The notes beneath the pieces were generated by a model. The model was not told the DNA's origin. It ran no database searches and saw only the letters and a program-made list of their open reading frames with translations. The position numbers and the translations under genes were made by a program. 64,000 bases of DNA from Terriglobia bacterium (GTDB lineage: Bacteria; Acidobacteriota; Terriglobia; 20CM-2-55-15). This document shows, piece by piece, positions 62,583-64,000 of the stretch (positions within the stretch are counted from its first letter, which is position 1; each line of letters begins with the position of its first letter). The stretch covers positions 128,001 to 192,000 of the forward strand of contig CBDAOY010000009.1 in NCBI GenBank assembly GCA_965198225.1. The letters are read 5' to 3'.

Positions 62583-63398
62583 TCACCGATGCTGACTGCC
62601 CGGAACCTTGCCGCGAATGTAGTCGACAGCGATCTTGACTTTTTGCTCGTTCAAGACCCGACCCAGTTCTGGAGAAACGAACTTGGCGATTGCCGGCGAG
62701 ATCTTGTCTGTTCGCACGTTCTCCTTCCGGAGGAACAGGACTTCAGACGCGTCGGTCGTGGCGCTGATGCACCCGCCGATCCCGTTGTCGAGGCACTCCA
62801 CCGGGAAGCCCTCTACCTTTCGCAGGTGCTCGGCGGTCACTCCGTTGGCATCGCTATACACGGGAAAGAAGAAGACACGGGTACCCTTGGAAGACCACTC
62901 CCGGTCCAGATCTTCGGACACTGTCCGCAGTACGGCCTGACCGCCGCCGTCCTCACCCATCACGATGATGTGCTTAAAACCCGAGACGACCGCGCTGTTC
63001 GTCATGTCGCGCAGAACGGCTTCGAATGTCGAGTCGCTGAGAGCAATCGTCCCTCCAGCGGTCCCCGGCTTCAGGTGTGAACCGGCCGGCGTGTATGGCA
63101 ACGGATGGTAGGCCAGCGCGTTCCCAAGTTCTTCGGCGATACGACGAGCCTGATACAGCGCCACAAGGTTGTGTTTGTTGATCGCTACGGCGTCCACGTG
63201 CGGTCCGACATACACCGTGTTCTCCGCTTGATAGGTGTTCTCGTGCAGGCCTCCGACGTATAGAATAGCCGTCGTCTTACCCCCCGCGATTGCCTCCATG
63301 ACCTCAGTCCCCGTCATGTCGTCGATCATCACGGTTTGCTGTGCAAACGCCAAACCGCTGATCAGAACGAACACGAGCCCAAACATCGTCGTTCTCAT
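62583..63398 (-). CDS. Secreted creatininase-family protein, divergent active site
   Basis: Signal peptide, DMT..EV..AI..GKTT, GP...KHN, GTIAL, GFKHII.MG. Confidence 0.7.
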   Translation of the reverse strand: MRTTMFGLVFVLISGLAFAQQTVMIDDMTGTEVMEAIAGGKTTAILYVGGLHENTYQAENTVYVGPHVDAVAINKHNLVALYQARRIAEELGNALAYHPLPYTPAGSHLKPGTAGGTIALSDSTFEAVLRDMTNSAVVSGFKHIIVMGEDGGGQAVLRTVSEDLDREWSSKGTRVFFFPVYSDANGVTAEHLRKVEGFPVECLDNGIGGCISATTDASEVLFLRKENVRTDKISPAIAKFVSPELGRVLNEQKVKIAVDYIRGKVPGSQHR

Positions 63399-63534
63399 AT
63401 CTCACCTCCTCTTCCGCTGCGGACTGCAAAATGTTGCGCCCTACGCGCTACTCTGTCCGCGGCAATATATCATCGTGCCCGTCAGCACAGCAAAAGCCGC
63501 GAAAGACCCTCGAACTCGCCCGTTCGCGACGATC

Positions 63535-64000
63535 TCAAAACCGCACTTTCGTCTGTACTGTGAACTGTCGGCCGGTGCCGAGGGCAGTCCCTGAAAACAC
63601 GCCGTTGAAGTTGATCACGTTCAAATGGTCGGTCACGTTACGGACGTCGAACTGAACGGACACAGACCGCTCCTGTTCCTCCCACAACCGCAGGCCGACA
63701 GAAAAATCGAGGCTGAGAACCGACCGCAGGCGGCCCCGCTCAAAGTTCACACGCTCGAGGATCGCCGGTGAGATCGACCCTGCCTCGTCATCATCGCCTA
63801 TTGAGTCCATGGCGCGGCCACCGTCATCACCATCATCGTCCTCGAGCTCGACCGGCAGCCCACTACCGTATCGAAAGCCACTCGAGAACCAGACCCGCTC
63901 GTCCGGCTCGAAACGGACTACCGTATCGAAAGCCACTCGAGAACCAGACCCGCTCGTCCGGCTCGAAACGGAATAATGCCGACAAGGTGTTGCGTTGATC
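63535..64000 (-). pseudogene. TonB-dependent receptor C-terminus disrupted by a 55-bp tandem duplication (gene runs off the window)
   Basis: DQRNT...YGSGLP, NVTD..N..NF.GVFSGT, terminal F; exact repeat 63862-63916 / 63917-63971 shifts the frame. Confidence 0.75.

Noticed and set aside
41800-64000. Genomic island or prophage
   Set aside because: No integrase, att repeat, tRNA boundary or phage genes; compositional shift could not be quantified by eye

Overview
GC-rich bacterial chromosome segment; gene content and order suggest Acidobacteriota (inference). Bases 1-41.8 kb are mostly minus-strand housekeeping genes: tuf (partial) with 4 tRNAs, rlmB, gltX, ispF/ispD, PIN-TRAM, radA, dnaB, rplI/rpsR/rpsF, pth, rplY, prs, tRNA-Gln, ispE, an acyl-CoA carboxylase subunit, transaldolase, hslUV, plsC, folC, accD and a second gltX. 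A Wzm/Wzt surface-polysaccharide locus interrupts them at 13.8-24.9 kb. Bases 41.8-64 kb are accessory secreted enzymes and transporters. Features the ORF track misses: (1) a 101-codon ArsC/Spx-family gene with an in-frame TGA in a U-G-P-C motif plus a SECIS-like hairpin, i.e. a probable selenoprotein, overlapping the start codon of gltX2; (2) three MITEs with unrelated terminal repeats strung end to end through shared CTAG tetranucleotides between accD and folC; (3) a MITE family (3 loci, 4 modules) with a conserved folded scaffold and two interchangeable variable segments; (4) dispersed inverted heptamer tandem repeats, GTAG-type REP doublets and two frameshifted genes. No CRISPR array, rRNA gene or autonomous transposase was seen. 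All alignments and folds were done by eye.
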